Part shown: one piece after another, positions 1 to 12,430 of the stretch | Layout: the number at the start of each line of letters is the position of its first letter | How positions within the stretch are numbered: position 1 is the stretch's first letter | Origin: Octopus bimaculoides | Taxonomy: Eukaryota | Direction of reading: 5' to 3' | Assembly (NCBI RefSeq): GCF_001194135.2 | Contig: NC_068981.1 | Span: 162,967,888-163,031,887, forward strand | Length of the DNA: 64,000 nt | Notes under the pieces: model-generated | Seen by the model: only the letters and a program-made list of their open reading frames with translations | What the model was told of the DNA's origin: nothing | Database searches by the model: none | Program-made: the position numbers and the translations under genes

Positions 1-2
1 GT

Positions 3-284
3 CGCCAGCAGGGGTAAGAGCTCTCTAAACTTTGCCCAGGCTATTCTTATTCTAGCAGCTACACTTTCAGCGCACCCACCCCCACTACTAACTTGGTCGC
101 CCAGATAGCGGAAGCTATCGACTACCTCTAGTTTTTCACCCTGGAATGAGATAGAAGTTGTTTCCTGTTTGTTTGCAGTCTTTATTGCACCTGAACATCT
201 GCCACAAACAAAAACTAACTTGCTAGTTAACCTGCCTTTGATGTTGCTGCACCTCTTATGTGTCCATAGCTTGCACCGGGTACA
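3..284 (-). mobile_element. RTE-clade LINE ORF2 fragment (Cys/His cluster plus post-RT region); 5'-truncated and runs off the window edge
   Basis: Minus strand translates without stops for 94 codons: CTRCKLWTHKRCSNIKGRLTSKLVFVCGRCSGAIKTANKQETTSISFQGEKLEVVDSFRYLGDQVSSGGGCAESVAARIRIAWAKFRELLPLLA. The LEVVDSFRYLG..ARIRIAW.KF motif is typical of the RTE RT C-terminal region. The 5' end abuts (TA)n. Confidence 0.9.
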
Positions 285-319
285 CATGTATATATAAATA
301 TATATATATATATATATGT

Positions 320-540
320 ACATATGTGTGTTCTGAGTTTGTGCTCCCACCATTGCTTGACAACCGATGTTGGTGTGCTTACGTCCCTGGAACTTAGTGG
401 TTTGGCAAAACAGCCCGATAGAATAAGTACTAGGCTTACAAAGAATAAGTCTTGGGGCTGATTTCTTTGATTAAAGGCCACTGCCTTTAGTCCAGTATGT
501 CCGCAGTCACATCACTGAAACAAGTAAAAGAATAAAAGAA
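320..540 (+). mobile_element. SINE 3' half, tail type ending ...gactgaaacaagtaaaaga
   Basis: ttgacaaccgatgttggtgtg..gatagaataagtactaggcttacaaagaataag..gaaacaagtaaaagaataaaaga. The same block recurs at about 6425-6550, 12860-12985, 13680-13855, 23605-23775 (minus) and 29650-29790. Confidence 0.7.
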
Positions 541-584
541 TATACATAATATGTGTGTGTGTGTGTGTGCATGTGTGCATGTGT

Positions 585-830
585 GTTTGTGTCTCCTGTC
601 TTGACACCATGTAATGCTTGTAAAATGAGTGTCAGCATCATGCAAGCAGTGTCCTTTGTTTCCATCTTCTGTGAAAAGACGTCTTTGCCATGGGGAAATA
701 TCATCTTGCTTGGAAACAAGTGAGGGTTGGCAATATGAAGACCATCTGGCCATAAAAAATCTGCCACAAAGGAGTTCCACCCAACCCATGCAATGTATGT
801 AAAAGCAGACATCAAAAGAAAATATAAAAG
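585..830 (+). mobile_element. SINE 3' half ending in the RTE-like tail
   Basis: cttgacaccatgtaatg..ctgtgaaaa..ccatggggaaatatcatcttgcttggaaacaag..aaatctgcc..ccaacccatgcaa. Related copies at about 2610-2830, 8270-8500 and 26020-26240. Confidence 0.6.
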
Positions 831-1367
831 ACAAGTTGGCCATGGCTGACCTGCAGGTGAACTGCAACAATGACCGCAACAGAAAATGAAACTGGTCAGT
901 AACAATCCATAAATCAGATTCTTCTTCTTTTTTTTTTTTTCATCAGTTTTAGAGACCCTACGAGGACCCATGAATCCTACATCCCCATTTGATTCAACTA
1001 TTTAAGAAAAACAACAAAAAAAAAGGGAGAAAAGAAAAAGAAAATGGCATTGTCTAGTCTTGCTTATTTTGTTCGTTGCACTTAGGTTAAGATCATAGCT
1101 GAAATATTTCCATAAAGCACCAAAGTACTATATTTACTCAAAATGTGTATTGCAGCAGCAGCAGCAAGAAGAAGAAGAAGAAGAAGGAGGAGGAGGAGGA
1201 GGAGGAGGCGGAGTCTGCTTTGGTTGGCATAAATCCCAGGATGTGAAAGGAAGGAAACTATTGAAGACAATTCAGTTATTTGAATTCAGTGTGAACTTTT
1301 CCCAAAATTTTGTTGGCCAATATTTAAGATGTTATCACTTGAAAACTAAAACTAAATGAATCCGATA

Positions 1368-1408
<41 letters not shown>

Positions 1409-2029
1409 ATTCTATTCCTATAGCCAAGAATGGTATATAGTTTTCATCCACATGAGACACATACTAAAGCAGCACAACTTAAATAGAAGCAGAAGTGATT
1501 CAAAGAGTGGAGGAAGGGAAAAATTGCTTAAAATACCTTTTTTTAATTTTTTATCCTCATCAAAATAAAATCATCATAATCATTATCCTTATCAGCATCA
1601 CACATCACCACTAACACCTTCATTATCAGTAACAAATAAATTCATTATTGTAATAATTATCACCACCACCAATATCACCATCCTTGTGATTACCGCAAAT
1701 ACCATCACCAATTGTCAACATCTTTATCAGTGCAATAAATGCAATCCCTCTCCTCTCTTCACTTCATCATTATAGATAAAGGCTCAGATGATGATTAAAA
1801 AAAAGCAACTATGAAAACAACACAAGACATATAAAGCAGGTGTACATCTGAATGTGTTCTTCACAAACACACGCATATATATATACATAACATACATTTT
1901 ATATATATATATATATAGATAGATAGATATATATATAGCTAAGAGACAAGTATTCTCTGCATAGAATACACTTTGTAGTGCTCAAGAGATTTAAACTCGA
2001 GTAGGTAGAGCTGCTCTACATATATATAT

Positions 2030-2418
2030 ATATGTAAGGCACATCCGAGCGTGATCATTGTCAGCATCACCCTACCGACACTTGTGCTAGTGGCACATGA
2101 ACAAACAGCATTCGAGCATGGTTGTTGCCAGTGCTGCCAGACTGGCTCCTGTGCAGGTTGCACATAAAAAACACCTTTTTGAGCGTGGCTGTTGCCAGTA
2201 CCATATGACTGGCCCTTGTGCCAGTGGCACGTAAAAGCACCCACTACACTCTCAGAGTGGATGGCATTAGGAAGGGCATCCAGCTGTAGAAACTTTGCCA
2301 GATCAAATTGAGCTTGATGCAGCCATCTGGTTCACCAGTCCTCAGTCAAATCATCCAACCCATACCAGCATGGAAAGCAGACGTTAAACGACGACGACGA
2401 CGATGATGATGATGATGA
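2030..2418 (+). mobile_element. RTE-tailed element with internal minisatellite (5'-truncated RTE 3' UTR or non-autonomous derivative)
   Basis: Three units of about 55-60 bp (gagcgtgg..gttgccagt..gactggc..gtgc..gtggcac.taaaa), then gcacccactacactctc.gagtgg..ggcattaggaagggcatccagctgtagaaac..ccaacccat..catggaaagc.gacgttaaacg(acg/atg)n. Confidence 0.8.
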
Positions 2419-3809
2419 TATATATATATAGAATATGAGAATTTAGTTCACTTGTGGTCTAAATAAATAAGTACGCTGAGTAAGCGCCGTAGTTGGTTGA
2501 CGATCAGAGACAAGGCATGAATATTTTAGACAGGGAAAATTTACAGTTTATAAGGAATAAGATAGAAGAATAAAGAGTAAAGGATGTGTGTGTGTGTACA
2601 TGTGTATATGCACCTGAGTGTACCATTGTCTTTACATCATGTGATGGCTACAAAGAGCAGCACTCTCATACAAGTGCAGTTGTTTCTAGTTACCCTATGA
2701 AAATCATGTCTGGCCACAGGGAAATATTACCTTGCTTGAAAACAGGTGTGGTTTGGCAGCAGAAAGAGCATTTAGTTATAGGAATTCTTCCACAATTAAT
2801 TGATGATTTTGATGACGATGATGATGTTATGTATCATGTAATTTGGTTTTAAAATACATAACTATCTTTTACATGAGAAAACTAGATATGTTTATCGACT
2901 CAGCTTTCACAGCTCATGGAACTGATTTACAGTTATACATGACTTAACCATTTGAATTAAGTGTTGCTGTTGTTGTTGTTGTTTAGCTATGGTTAACTTT
3001 GGTGGCGCAGTGAGGCCTATGAACCAAGCAATCCAGCTTTGACTGCCTCATCTTGTATTCAGTTAAAATGTATCTATTATAGTGCATCTAGGGCTACATT
3101 ATATGTATCTTTTTTTTCTATGTTATAGTTTGATATGAGAGAATTGGCTGTTCTTTCTAGCATGTGGAACAACCACGTTGAGGTTTTTGTGTTAGCTTGA
3201 GAGTTATGTGTTTTAACCAAGGACACGAAGCACTCCTGGTGACAAGATAATTAGCTTTAGACTTTCAGTTGGCAAGCATGCACCAACAGACTTATTGGAA
3301 ACAGTGAGGAATTTCCTCATAATTACATTTATGTTAGCTAGAAGGTAATTATGAGAAAATGGTAAGTAAACATTAAAATGATAAAAAATAAACAATACTA
3401 TTTTTTCCCCCTTTTTTTTTCTGATTCCAGATTTGGCACCAGATTCATCCTTAAGAAATTAAACCTATCTGAAATGCTGACAAGACTTCTGCAATAGTTG
3501 AAATGAAGCAGAAAGAAAAGGAAGATTTGGCAATGCAAAGATTGAAACAAGATTTGTTTAAGGAAAATCTGTCAGTGTTAAACCAATGATTCAAATCACT
3601 GTTTATCAAAGAGAACAAGTAATGGCACAAAGGTTGGCCTGTTCTGTGAAAATTTACATTCAAAATTTTGTTCAAATCATTCCTTAATGATGATGCCAAT
3701 AAAAGCTCGTTAGTGAACTTAGGAGTTTCCAGTGACAAAAACTAAAAACTGACAATGACTACGAGGTCAGCTGCTGAACAAATCACAGTCTTAAAGAGTA
3801 GGAGAGATA

Positions 3810-3847
<38 letters not shown>

Positions 3848-4339
3848 TGTGTGTGTGTGTGTGTGCATACACAGTAGTGTTGAGTCTTGGAAAGATTGAT
3901 TCATAAAAAGCAAGCTCGACCACCATATTTAATAACGTTATCTAAAAACAGTGAGAAAACCCAAGTCCGCTGGTTGATGCCATAGAAAATTTGATCAGGG
4001 TACAATATTGTCTCACCTACATATCCATGTGTATAACTGACACACACACACACACATGTACATACACACTACTTTAAAAACGAGTGCAATAGCATTAGGA
4101 GAAGCATTTTATTCCCTAATACACCAGGTTATATAGCTATTTGCAGTTTGATTTACTAAACATTAAACAGTTTCCAAAGTTAGAGAAAACTTTCAGTTGA
4201 TAAATTGTACATATTACGTGAATGATGGTAATCTACATTATACAGCAACCACTTACATAGTTAGCTACTACCATGTTTGTGCTAGTTTTGTGTTGAGTTT
4301 ACATACATGTTGACATATACATATATATATATATATATA

Positions 4340-4733
4340 NNNNNNNNNNNNNNNNNNNNNNNNNNNNNNNNNNNNNNNNNNNNNNNNNNNNNNNNNNNNN
4401 NNNNNNNNNNNNNNNNNNNNNNNNNNNNNNNNNNNNNNNNNNNNNNNNNNNNNNNNNNNNNNNNNNNNNNNNNNNNNNNNNNNNNNNNNNNNNNNNNNNN
4501 NNNNNNNNNNNNNNNNNNNNNNNNNNNNNNNNNNNNNNNNNNNNNNNNNNNNNNNNNNNNNNNNNNNNNNNNNNNNNNNNNNNNNNNNNNNNNNNNNNNN
4601 NNNNNNNNNNNNNNNNNNNNNNNNNNNNNNNNNNNNNNNNNNNNNNNNNNNNNNNNNNNNNNNNNNNNNNNNNNNNNNNNNNNNNNNNNNNNNNNNNNNN
4701 NNNNNNNNNNNNNNNNNNNNNNNNNNNNNNNNN
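4340..4733. other. Assembly gap (first of 8)
   Basis: N runs at 4340-4733, 7289-7468, 8838-9192, 13428-13437, 42132-42221, 46167-46318, 49497-49506 and 63610-63804. Most are flanked by (TA)n, (GA)n, (CA)n or (GAT)n. They produce the X-filled ORFs and could hide exons. Confidence 1.
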
Positions 4734-4804
<71 letters not shown>

Positions 4805-5068
4805 CACACAAAGCAATGCCTAAACTATATTATGGAGAGACTACTTAGATGTTGGTTTGTGTTTAATATTTCTGGAAAGATGGGGAGAGAGAGAGGGAGG
4901 GAGAGAAAGAAGTGGGGAGAGAATGGTAAGCTATACAGTATACAAGCATTTACTGATGTTTGCATTTGTTTTTGCTGGGTCCTACCTCCATTTTAACATG
5001 CAGGTGGTAGTGGTTATGGTGATGAATGGAGAAACAATCAGCTATAAGAAGCAAATAAATGCTGACCC

Positions 5069-5112
<44 letters not shown>

Positions 5113-5699
5113 CAAACATCATTGTTTTAATGTCCACTTTTTTCCCCTGCCAATGTGAACATATCTAAATACACATACACGCATACATATGTCCATAAAC
5201 ATATCTGAATGCATGTGCATATCACACTAAAATTAATCCTACATACAGATACATGTATGCCTACATCTAAAAATGTCCAAACATGCAATAAAATGCATAT
5301 AACATATGTATGCCATATTTATAAATTGGATATACAAATATGCCCTATACATACGTATACACTTACTTCAACATACATATGCATTTACAGTAAAACAAAT
5401 TTTACACACACAATTATTTATACTGTTGTATGAGTGAAGACTGAATGTTTGAATTCAGTTGCCCTCAGCAGCATTTTTTATACCTGTTTCAGTTATACCT
5501 GTTTCAGCATGCAAGAGCACCGTCCAGAAAGGTTTCCAGTTGAACAAATTAACCCTGGCATACTTATTCTTAAGTCTGGTATCTATTTTATCAGTTGCTT
5601 TTGTTGAACCATTAAGAAACAGAGACATAAGCATATCAATTGGTTGTCAAATGGTGGTGGAGGACAAAGAGAAATACACACACACACACACACATATAC

Positions 5700-5830
5700 A
5701 ACAGGCTTCAACACAGTTTCTGTCAATTAAATTCACTCACAAGGCATTGGTTAGCCCATGGTTATTGTAGAAGACACTTGCCCAATGTGCTGTTTAGTGG
5801 GACTGAACCAAAAACCACATGGTTATTAAA
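5700..5830 (-). mobile_element. Decayed tRNA-derived SINE 5' half (head plus ccttgggcaagtgtc core)
   Basis: The reverse complement reads ..ggttcagtcccactaaacagcacattgggcaagtgtcttctacaataaccatgggctaacc... Related halves at about 7080-7240, 13438-13495, 24925-25090, 29480-29650, 33640-33735 (minus), 36300-36440 and 43320-43435. Confidence 0.6.
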
Positions 5831-7664
5831 CCTTATGTGTATCATGGAGTAAAAGACATTTTAGTTTCTTTAAAACCAGAACATGTTCTGTACATATCCT
5901 AAACAAATTTTTTACCTGAAAGATACATGTGTGCAATTAGCAGTGTTATTGTGTAATTATGTCTTAGGCATTTGAACTTAGTTAAAGCACTTTTAATGAA
6001 TATAACGTATAATAAATGTAACTTATGAATTTGAGTTCAATCAAAAAAACATTTAAATTTAATGTGACAAACTCTGAAAGAGCTCATACTTTATTTCAAT
6101 AAAGACAACTTCTTTACCTAAAGTCAATGAAACCAAACTCCAATAAATATGACATTAAATTCTGCTACTGATGGGACTCATCTAGAGTTGAGAAGACTCG
6201 GGCAACATGAAATGAAGTGTCTTGCTCAACAACACAACACATCACCAAAGCTGGAAGTCAAAGCAACACTTGAACCACAAGGCCATGCACCTTCACCATT
6301 GGTTTCTTTTCATTAGGTGCCAAAATTCTTTACATTTTAGCACAAGAGAAAAGAGCTGTGTCTTTCATGCCTTTCCAGTAGGAAATGGTGACATAACAAA
6401 TTGTTTTGAGTGTGAAAAAAGAGACTGATAGAATAAGTACTAGGCTAACAAAGAATAAGTCCTGGGGTCGATTTGCTCGACTAAAGGCGGTGCTCCAGCA
6501 TGGCTGCAGTCAAATGACTGAAACAAGTTAAAGAGTAAAGAGTTAAAGAGAGTGTCATATTCATATGTACTTAAGTCTTGCTGTGAAATCAGGCTCCTTG
6601 ATCATCAGACCACAGACAGTAGTTTTTGAGATAGCTTGGAATGCAGTTTGAACCAACTACACCTTTTTATATACAAATTAAAATAATTGCAAAGCAAATT
6701 ATTTAAAGGGAAAAAAGGGAGAAAAAATCTGGAGCAAATTAAAATAATTTCAGAGCAAATTGAATAATTTTCCTAATTAAATAATCCTACACTGTATGAA
6801 GAAAGAGTCTGAAATGCAATAGATACCATACAATAATGCGGTAAGGATAATGAATGTAGAAAATCTAGAGTGGCTAGAAAGAAATGGAGTGAATATTAAT
6901 TGGTTAGGTGCATAGTCTGTTATAGTGTTAAACCCATATGAAAAAGATGGGTGCAAGAGTAAGAGACTAGAGGAATTACTGGACATTAAAAGCATTGCTA
7001 ATGACTGTAGGAGAATTATAAGTGTGATTGTATGAATGGATGATAACTGTTTGGTGAGAAAAAGATCAAATATCGATTGCATGGGTTTTGTCTGGTTAAG
7101 AAGTTGACTTCCTAACTATGTGGCCTTGGGTTTAAACTCACTGTATGGTACCTCGTGTAAGTGACTTCCACAATAGCCCCAGACCAATAAACCTTTGTGA
7201 ATGGATTTGGTAGACAGAAACTGAAAGAAGTTTCCCTACTTTGTTATATATATTTATATATACATACATACATACATATATATATATANNNNNNNNNNNN
7301 NNNNNNNNNNNNNNNNNNNNNNNNNNNNNNNNNNNNNNNNNNNNNNNNNNNNNNNNNNNNNNNNNNNNNNNNNNNNNNNNNNNNNNNNNNNNNNNNNNNN
7401 NNNNNNNNNNNNNNNNNNNNNNNNNNNNNNNNNNNNNNNNNNNNNNNNNNNNNNNNNNNNNNNNNNNNTATATATATATATATATGTTGAGAGTTATGTG
7501 CATTGGCACTTATCAATTAAGTTTCAACTTATCAATAATTATGGATAATTTGCATCCAAGTTGATAAGGGTTCATACATAAAACTTTCAGTTCTTAAGTC
7601 ACCATGTAACTTATGCAGATTAATAATGTAAACGTGTGTGTGTGTATAATAATTTTTGAACCAG

Positions 7665-8215
7665 ATGTGTTGGGCTAATCATGTTGTCAGTATGGAAGAT
7701 GGAAGGCTACCCAAACAGATATTTTATGGGTAGCTGACCAGGGGGAAAAGGTCTCGGTATAAACCCAGAAAACGGTTTAAAGATGTCATAAAAGGCAAAC
7801 TTAAACATTAGTGGACTGATATGGATATCCAGGAGACATTGGCTGAAAGCAATGGAGAGAGATTATCAAGTACAGCTGTGGTGTCTTTGAGTAAAAGCAA
7901 ATAGAGTGTAGCATCTCAAAAGCATTCACACTGTTAAGCAGGATCCAAGTGCAGTGCCTGTAGAAACCTAGCAGCAATTGAAGATCGATGTGAGGGTGAT
8001 TTCTTCTCTCAAGAGCTGGGTCTGTCAGCCAAATAAAATCACATGAGCCAAAGAGAGATTGAGCAGCTTGTGTGATGATTCTACTGCCATGCACACTGCG
8101 GCACATTTGTACTGAAAAGAGAAGAGTAAGCGTCACATCTGTGAAAGTTCCAGCAGAATGGAAACTGGCCTGAAAAGCCACCTGTGGGTACATGATTGTG
8201 CAATGTTCAATGAAG
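7665..8215 (+). mobile_element. Decayed LINE ORF2 C-terminus (CR1-Zenon/RTE-X-like)
   Basis: From 7668 reads CWANHVVSMEDGRLPKQIFYG*LTRGKRSRYKPRKRFKDVIK, matching the WAGHVxRMxxxRLPKxxxYGEL..GKR..G....RFKD motif. A degenerate ..ETGLKSH zinc-finger-like end lies near 8160-8182. Contains stops. Confidence 0.8.
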
Positions 8216-9719
8216 AAATGACACCCTTCTGACAAGATGCTGCAATCAGTATGTGCTTGTGTGTGTGTGTAACCTTGTCTTCACATCATAATAATGGCTG
8301 TAATTGAAGTGAGCATCATCATCATGATGCAAGCAAGGTGATTTGTTTTCAGGCTTCTGTGAAAAACATGTCTGGCCATGAGAAACAGGTTGAAGGTTGG
8401 CAACAGCAAAGGCATCTATTTGTAGAATATCTAGCTCTACGAATTCTGTCTGACCCAGGAAAGCATGGAAAAGTGGGCATTAAATAACGATGATAATGAT
8501 GATAATGTATACTCGGTGGAGCATACAAGCAACAGTGGTAAAAAAACAAAAAAAAAACATAAAGAAAGGTCATAAAAACTTGTACCTGACTATGACAGAG
8601 TAATGATGGTGATAATGATGATGATGATGATGATGATGATAGTGGTGGTGGTGGTGGTGGTGGTGGTGATGATGATAGTGGCGTTACTACAGAACTGTCT
8701 CACCATCTCCACATGGAAGAAATGTCTGGGAGTGGAAAAGGAAAGGAAGGTCAAGAAATAGACATTAAAAAAAAACAACTTTACTATTAGGTCTGAAGGT
8801 CAAAGTGAACATGATAATAAAGATACGTGATGATGATNNNNNNNNNNNNNNNNNNNNNNNNNNNNNNNNNNNNNNNNNNNNNNNNNNNNNNNNNNNNNNN
8901 NNNNNNNNNNNNNNNNNNNNNNNNNNNNNNNNNNNNNNNNNNNNNNNNNNNNNNNNNNNNNNNNNNNNNNNNNNNNNNNNNNNNNNNNNNNNNNNNNNNN
9001 NNNNNNNNNNNNNNNNNNNNNNNNNNNNNNNNNNNNNNNNNNNNNNNNNNNNNNNNNNNNNNNNNNNNNNNNNNNNNNNNNNNNNNNNNNNNNNNNNNNN
9101 NNNNNNNNNNNNNNNNNNNNNNNNNNNNNNNNNNNNNNNNNNNNNNNNNNNNNNNNNNNNNNNNNNNNNNNNNNNNNNNNNNNNNNNNNNNNTATATATG
9201 TATGTATGTATGTATGTATATGTATGTACATATATACACATGTATATATATATATGTGTGTATACAAGATAGATATAGATATCAGGAAAAGAAAGCAGAT
9301 TTTGAAAGTTCTGACTGAATAAAGTGGTTCTGAATCTATGCCAAAAGAGATAAAAGATGAATCCAGCATCATTCATGAAATAGAAAGAAAAACCCAAATA
9401 ATAAAAAAAAAACCCAGTAAAATGCCCAGCCATACACATATGCATACACACGTTCTTAACAACTTATAGTAAAGAGGAAAGAGAACAATTGCAAGAAAAA
9501 AAAAAGTAAAAATACAGAAAAAGAAAAGAAAAAATAAAGGAGAAAGACAAAAGTAAAAAGATTCTTTTGGTCACAATACTAAGACAGAAATAATTCCAAA
9601 TTGTCATTAATGCCTGTTCTAGATATGACTTTACAGATAGGATGGTTTAACTACATGTAGTTATTTCAATCTAACTTTCCTCTCCTTTAGTATGTGTGTG
9701 TGTATGTGTGTGTTTGCAT

Positions 9720-9778
9720 AAGAGAGAGGAAGCGGGAGAAGGGGGGGGGGATAGAAACAGAACAGAGTGGGCAGGAAG

Positions 9779-9817
<39 letters not shown>

Positions 9818-10057
9818 TAGGAAAGTGAGATAATGACAGAGAGAGAGAGGGAGAGAGAGAGAGAAGATAGGAAAGTGAGTCAGTGAGAGAGAGAGAGATA
9901 GCTAGAGAGAGAGATAGCTAGAGAGAGATAGCTAGAGAGAGAGATAGCTAGAGAGAGATAGCTAGAGAGAGAGATAGCTAGAGAGAGAGAGAGATGTAAG
10001 GGAATAATGGCACAGAGAGAGAGAGAGAGATAGCAAATAGGAAAGTGAGATAATGAC

Positions 10058-10092
<35 letters not shown>

Positions 10093-10161
10093 TAGTAGAT
10101 AGGAAAGTGAGATAATGACAGAGAGAGAGAGAGAGAGATAGCTAGAAAGAGAGAGATAGCT

Positions 10162-10228
<67 letters not shown>

Positions 10229-10730
10229 TAAGGGAATAATGACAGAGAGAGAGAAGATAGGAAAGTGAGTCAGTGAGAGAAAGAGATAGCTAGAGAGAGA
10301 GAGAGAGATGTAGGGGAATTGTGAATGTTGTGATAGAAAGAAAGCAGCCATATTATGAATGAGAAGAAGGAAAGGGAAAGATAGGAAGGAGACTCTGTGA
10401 GTGTGTGCATGCGTGTGAAAGAGAAAGACAGACAGAAGAATGGAGGCAGTTACAAAGGGAGAGAAGAAGGTAAAGAGAGAGGGGGCAATATGAGAAAGAG
10501 AGAGAGAGGGGGGAGAGAGAGAGAGAGGGAGGAGATAGTGCAAGAGAGAAAAGAGACAGTGTGAGAGTGAGGAGGAGAAGGAAGAGAAAGAAAATGGAAG
10601 TGAGATATAAAGGAAGGGATGAGAAGGAAACTTGAGCTTTTACAAAATAGGAGAGGTATGAGGAAACAAAGAGAGAGAGAGAGAGAGAGTAAGAGAGAGA
10701 GGATAAGAAAAAAGAGGGTGGGAGGAGTAA
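9720..10730 (+). repeat. About 1 kb purine-rich (GA)n tract with higher-order units
   Basis: GATAGCTA at 9897, 9913, 9927, 9943, 9957 and 9973 (spacing alternates 16/14). ATAGGAAAGTGAG recurs 5 times and GATGTAAGGGAATAATG twice. Confidence 0.9.
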
Positions 10731-10879
10731 AAAAATTCAGCTCAGCAAACTAATGTAGAACAAGCATGGTGAGAGGGGGTGGGGGGAAGAACGAATTCCC
10801 CCACCCCACCTCCTGGGGGGGGGCATTAAACAGTGGACATTTTTATAGGCTGTTTTGTGATTATCATCGTCTACAGCAG

Positions 10880-11270
10880 CAGTTGTTGGCACTCCGTCGC
10901 TTACGACGTCGAGGGTTCCAGTTGATCCAATCAACGGAAAACAGCCTGCTCGTGAAATTAACGTGCAAGTGGCTGAGCACTCCACAGACACGTGTACCCT
11001 TAACGTAGTTCTCGGGGAGATTCAGCGTGACACAGAGTGTGACAAGGCTGACCCTTTGAATTACAGGCACAACAGAAACAGGAAGTAAGAGTGAGAGAAA
11101 GTTGATGGTGAAAGAGTACAGCAGGGTTCGCCACCATCCCCTGCTGGAGCCACGTGGAGCTTTTAGGTGTTTTCGCTCAATAAACACTCACAACACCCGG
11201 TCTGGGAATCGAAACTGCAATCCTATGACTGTGAGTCCGCTGCCCTGACCACTGGGCCATTGCGCCTCCA
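10880..11270 (-). mobile_element. Near full-length tRNA-derived SINE, tail type 1
   Basis: Reverse complement GGAGGCGCAATGGCCCAGTGGTCAGGGCAGCGGACTCACAGTCATAGGATTGCAGTTTCGATTCCC has A box TGGCCCAGTGG and B box GTTTCGATTCC. Body contains ttgagcgaaaacacc; tail ends ..gacgtcgtaagcgacggagtgccaacaac. Confidence 0.85.
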
Positions 11271-11737
11271 CTGCCCACAGCAGCAGTAACAACCATAAAT
11301 ATATACATACTTCTTGGTAAACCACCATCATTGCCACCTTCATATATTTATATATCATCATCGTCTTCATCACTTAACGTCCATGTTCCATGCTGGCATG
11401 GGTTGGAAAGTTTGATAGGACCCAACAGATCCACAGACAACATCAAACTCCAGGGTCTGCTTTGGCCTGGTTTCTACTGCTTGGTGTTGTTCCTAAGGTT
11501 GACCCCTTTATAGCATGTACAGGGTGCTTTTTTTTTACCTGGCACTAGCACTAGTGAGGGTCACTATGTAGTTTGCAAAGGAGGGCAACTTCATGTTGTG
11601 ATAATAAGAAATAGAGAGGGGTAAGTTATAAGAGAAAAGGGGCCAGAGCAGAAGAGGGTTCTTGCTGTAGATGAACTACAAGACTACTCACATTTAAGGA
11701 GAGAAAGAGAGAGAGAGAGAGAGAGAGTGTGTGTGTG

Positions 11738-11775
<38 letters not shown>

Positions 11776-11879
11776 GCTGGAAAGTGATAAAAACCTGGTG
11801 ATAAGGCTGCAGGAGTGAGAGGGGGGAGTCTGACAGTGCAGAGCTGCAGATACAAACTCTGCTAATTGTCTAAGTGGAA

Positions 11880-12430
11880 GATGGAGTTAATTGTCCTCCA
11901 CTTCCATACTCCCTCATATATCTATCTGCACATATGTCCCTGTTAAATCCCTTCCCCATAAAATATCCTCCTAATACACTCCCATCAACCTGTACCCACT
12001 CATTATATCCTTGCCTCCAGGGCTCACTCTTCCTTTCGCAATCCTATGAACTCACTCTTTCCATTCCTTCGTCCACTTCACTATATACACCTTCCTATAT
12101 TTAGGGTGTACAGCCCCTTTCCCCTCCCTGTTACATCTTTACCATCTTTCCATCTACAGCAGTCATGTTTCTCTTCTAATGCAAGACCCCTTTTCTGTCC
12201 CTCAATACTTCTCTACCACCTCGGTTGAAGAGTCTTGTCTTGCTAGTTACTGGGTGACCTCACTAATGTTGGTGCCACATAAAATGCACTAAGTACACTT
12301 TGTAATGTGGTTGGCAGTAGGAAGAGCATCAAGTCATAGAAACCATACCAAAGCAAGCAGTGGAGCTTGGCATAGCCTTCTGACTTTCCTGATTCTGTCA
12401 ACTCATTCAACCCTTGCCAGCATGGATGTT
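11880..12430 (+). mobile_element. Decayed RTE-tailed element with pyrimidine-rich body
   Basis: C/T-rich body, then gcactaagtacactttgtaatgtggttggcagtaggaagagcatc..caacccttgccagcatgg. Similar C/T-rich body and tail at about 43840-44790. Tail-only copies at 11350-11560 (minus), 14140-14345, 30800-31020 and 32140-32230 (minus). Confidence 0.55.

Noticed and set aside
2030-2240. CRISPR-like reading of the 55-60 bp repeat units
   Set aside because: Eukaryotic context, degenerate tandem units without unique spacers, and no cas genes.
4268-9451. Long ORFs (150-229 aa) spanning N runs, and similar ones at 42036-42441, 46020-46395 and 63474-63953
   Set aside because: Open only because of N gaps and dinucleotide repeats.
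11200-11270. tRNA-like sequences at 11270, 22604 and 48025 as tRNA genes
   Set aside because: They continue into SINE bodies and lack a proper acceptor stem, so they are SINE heads.
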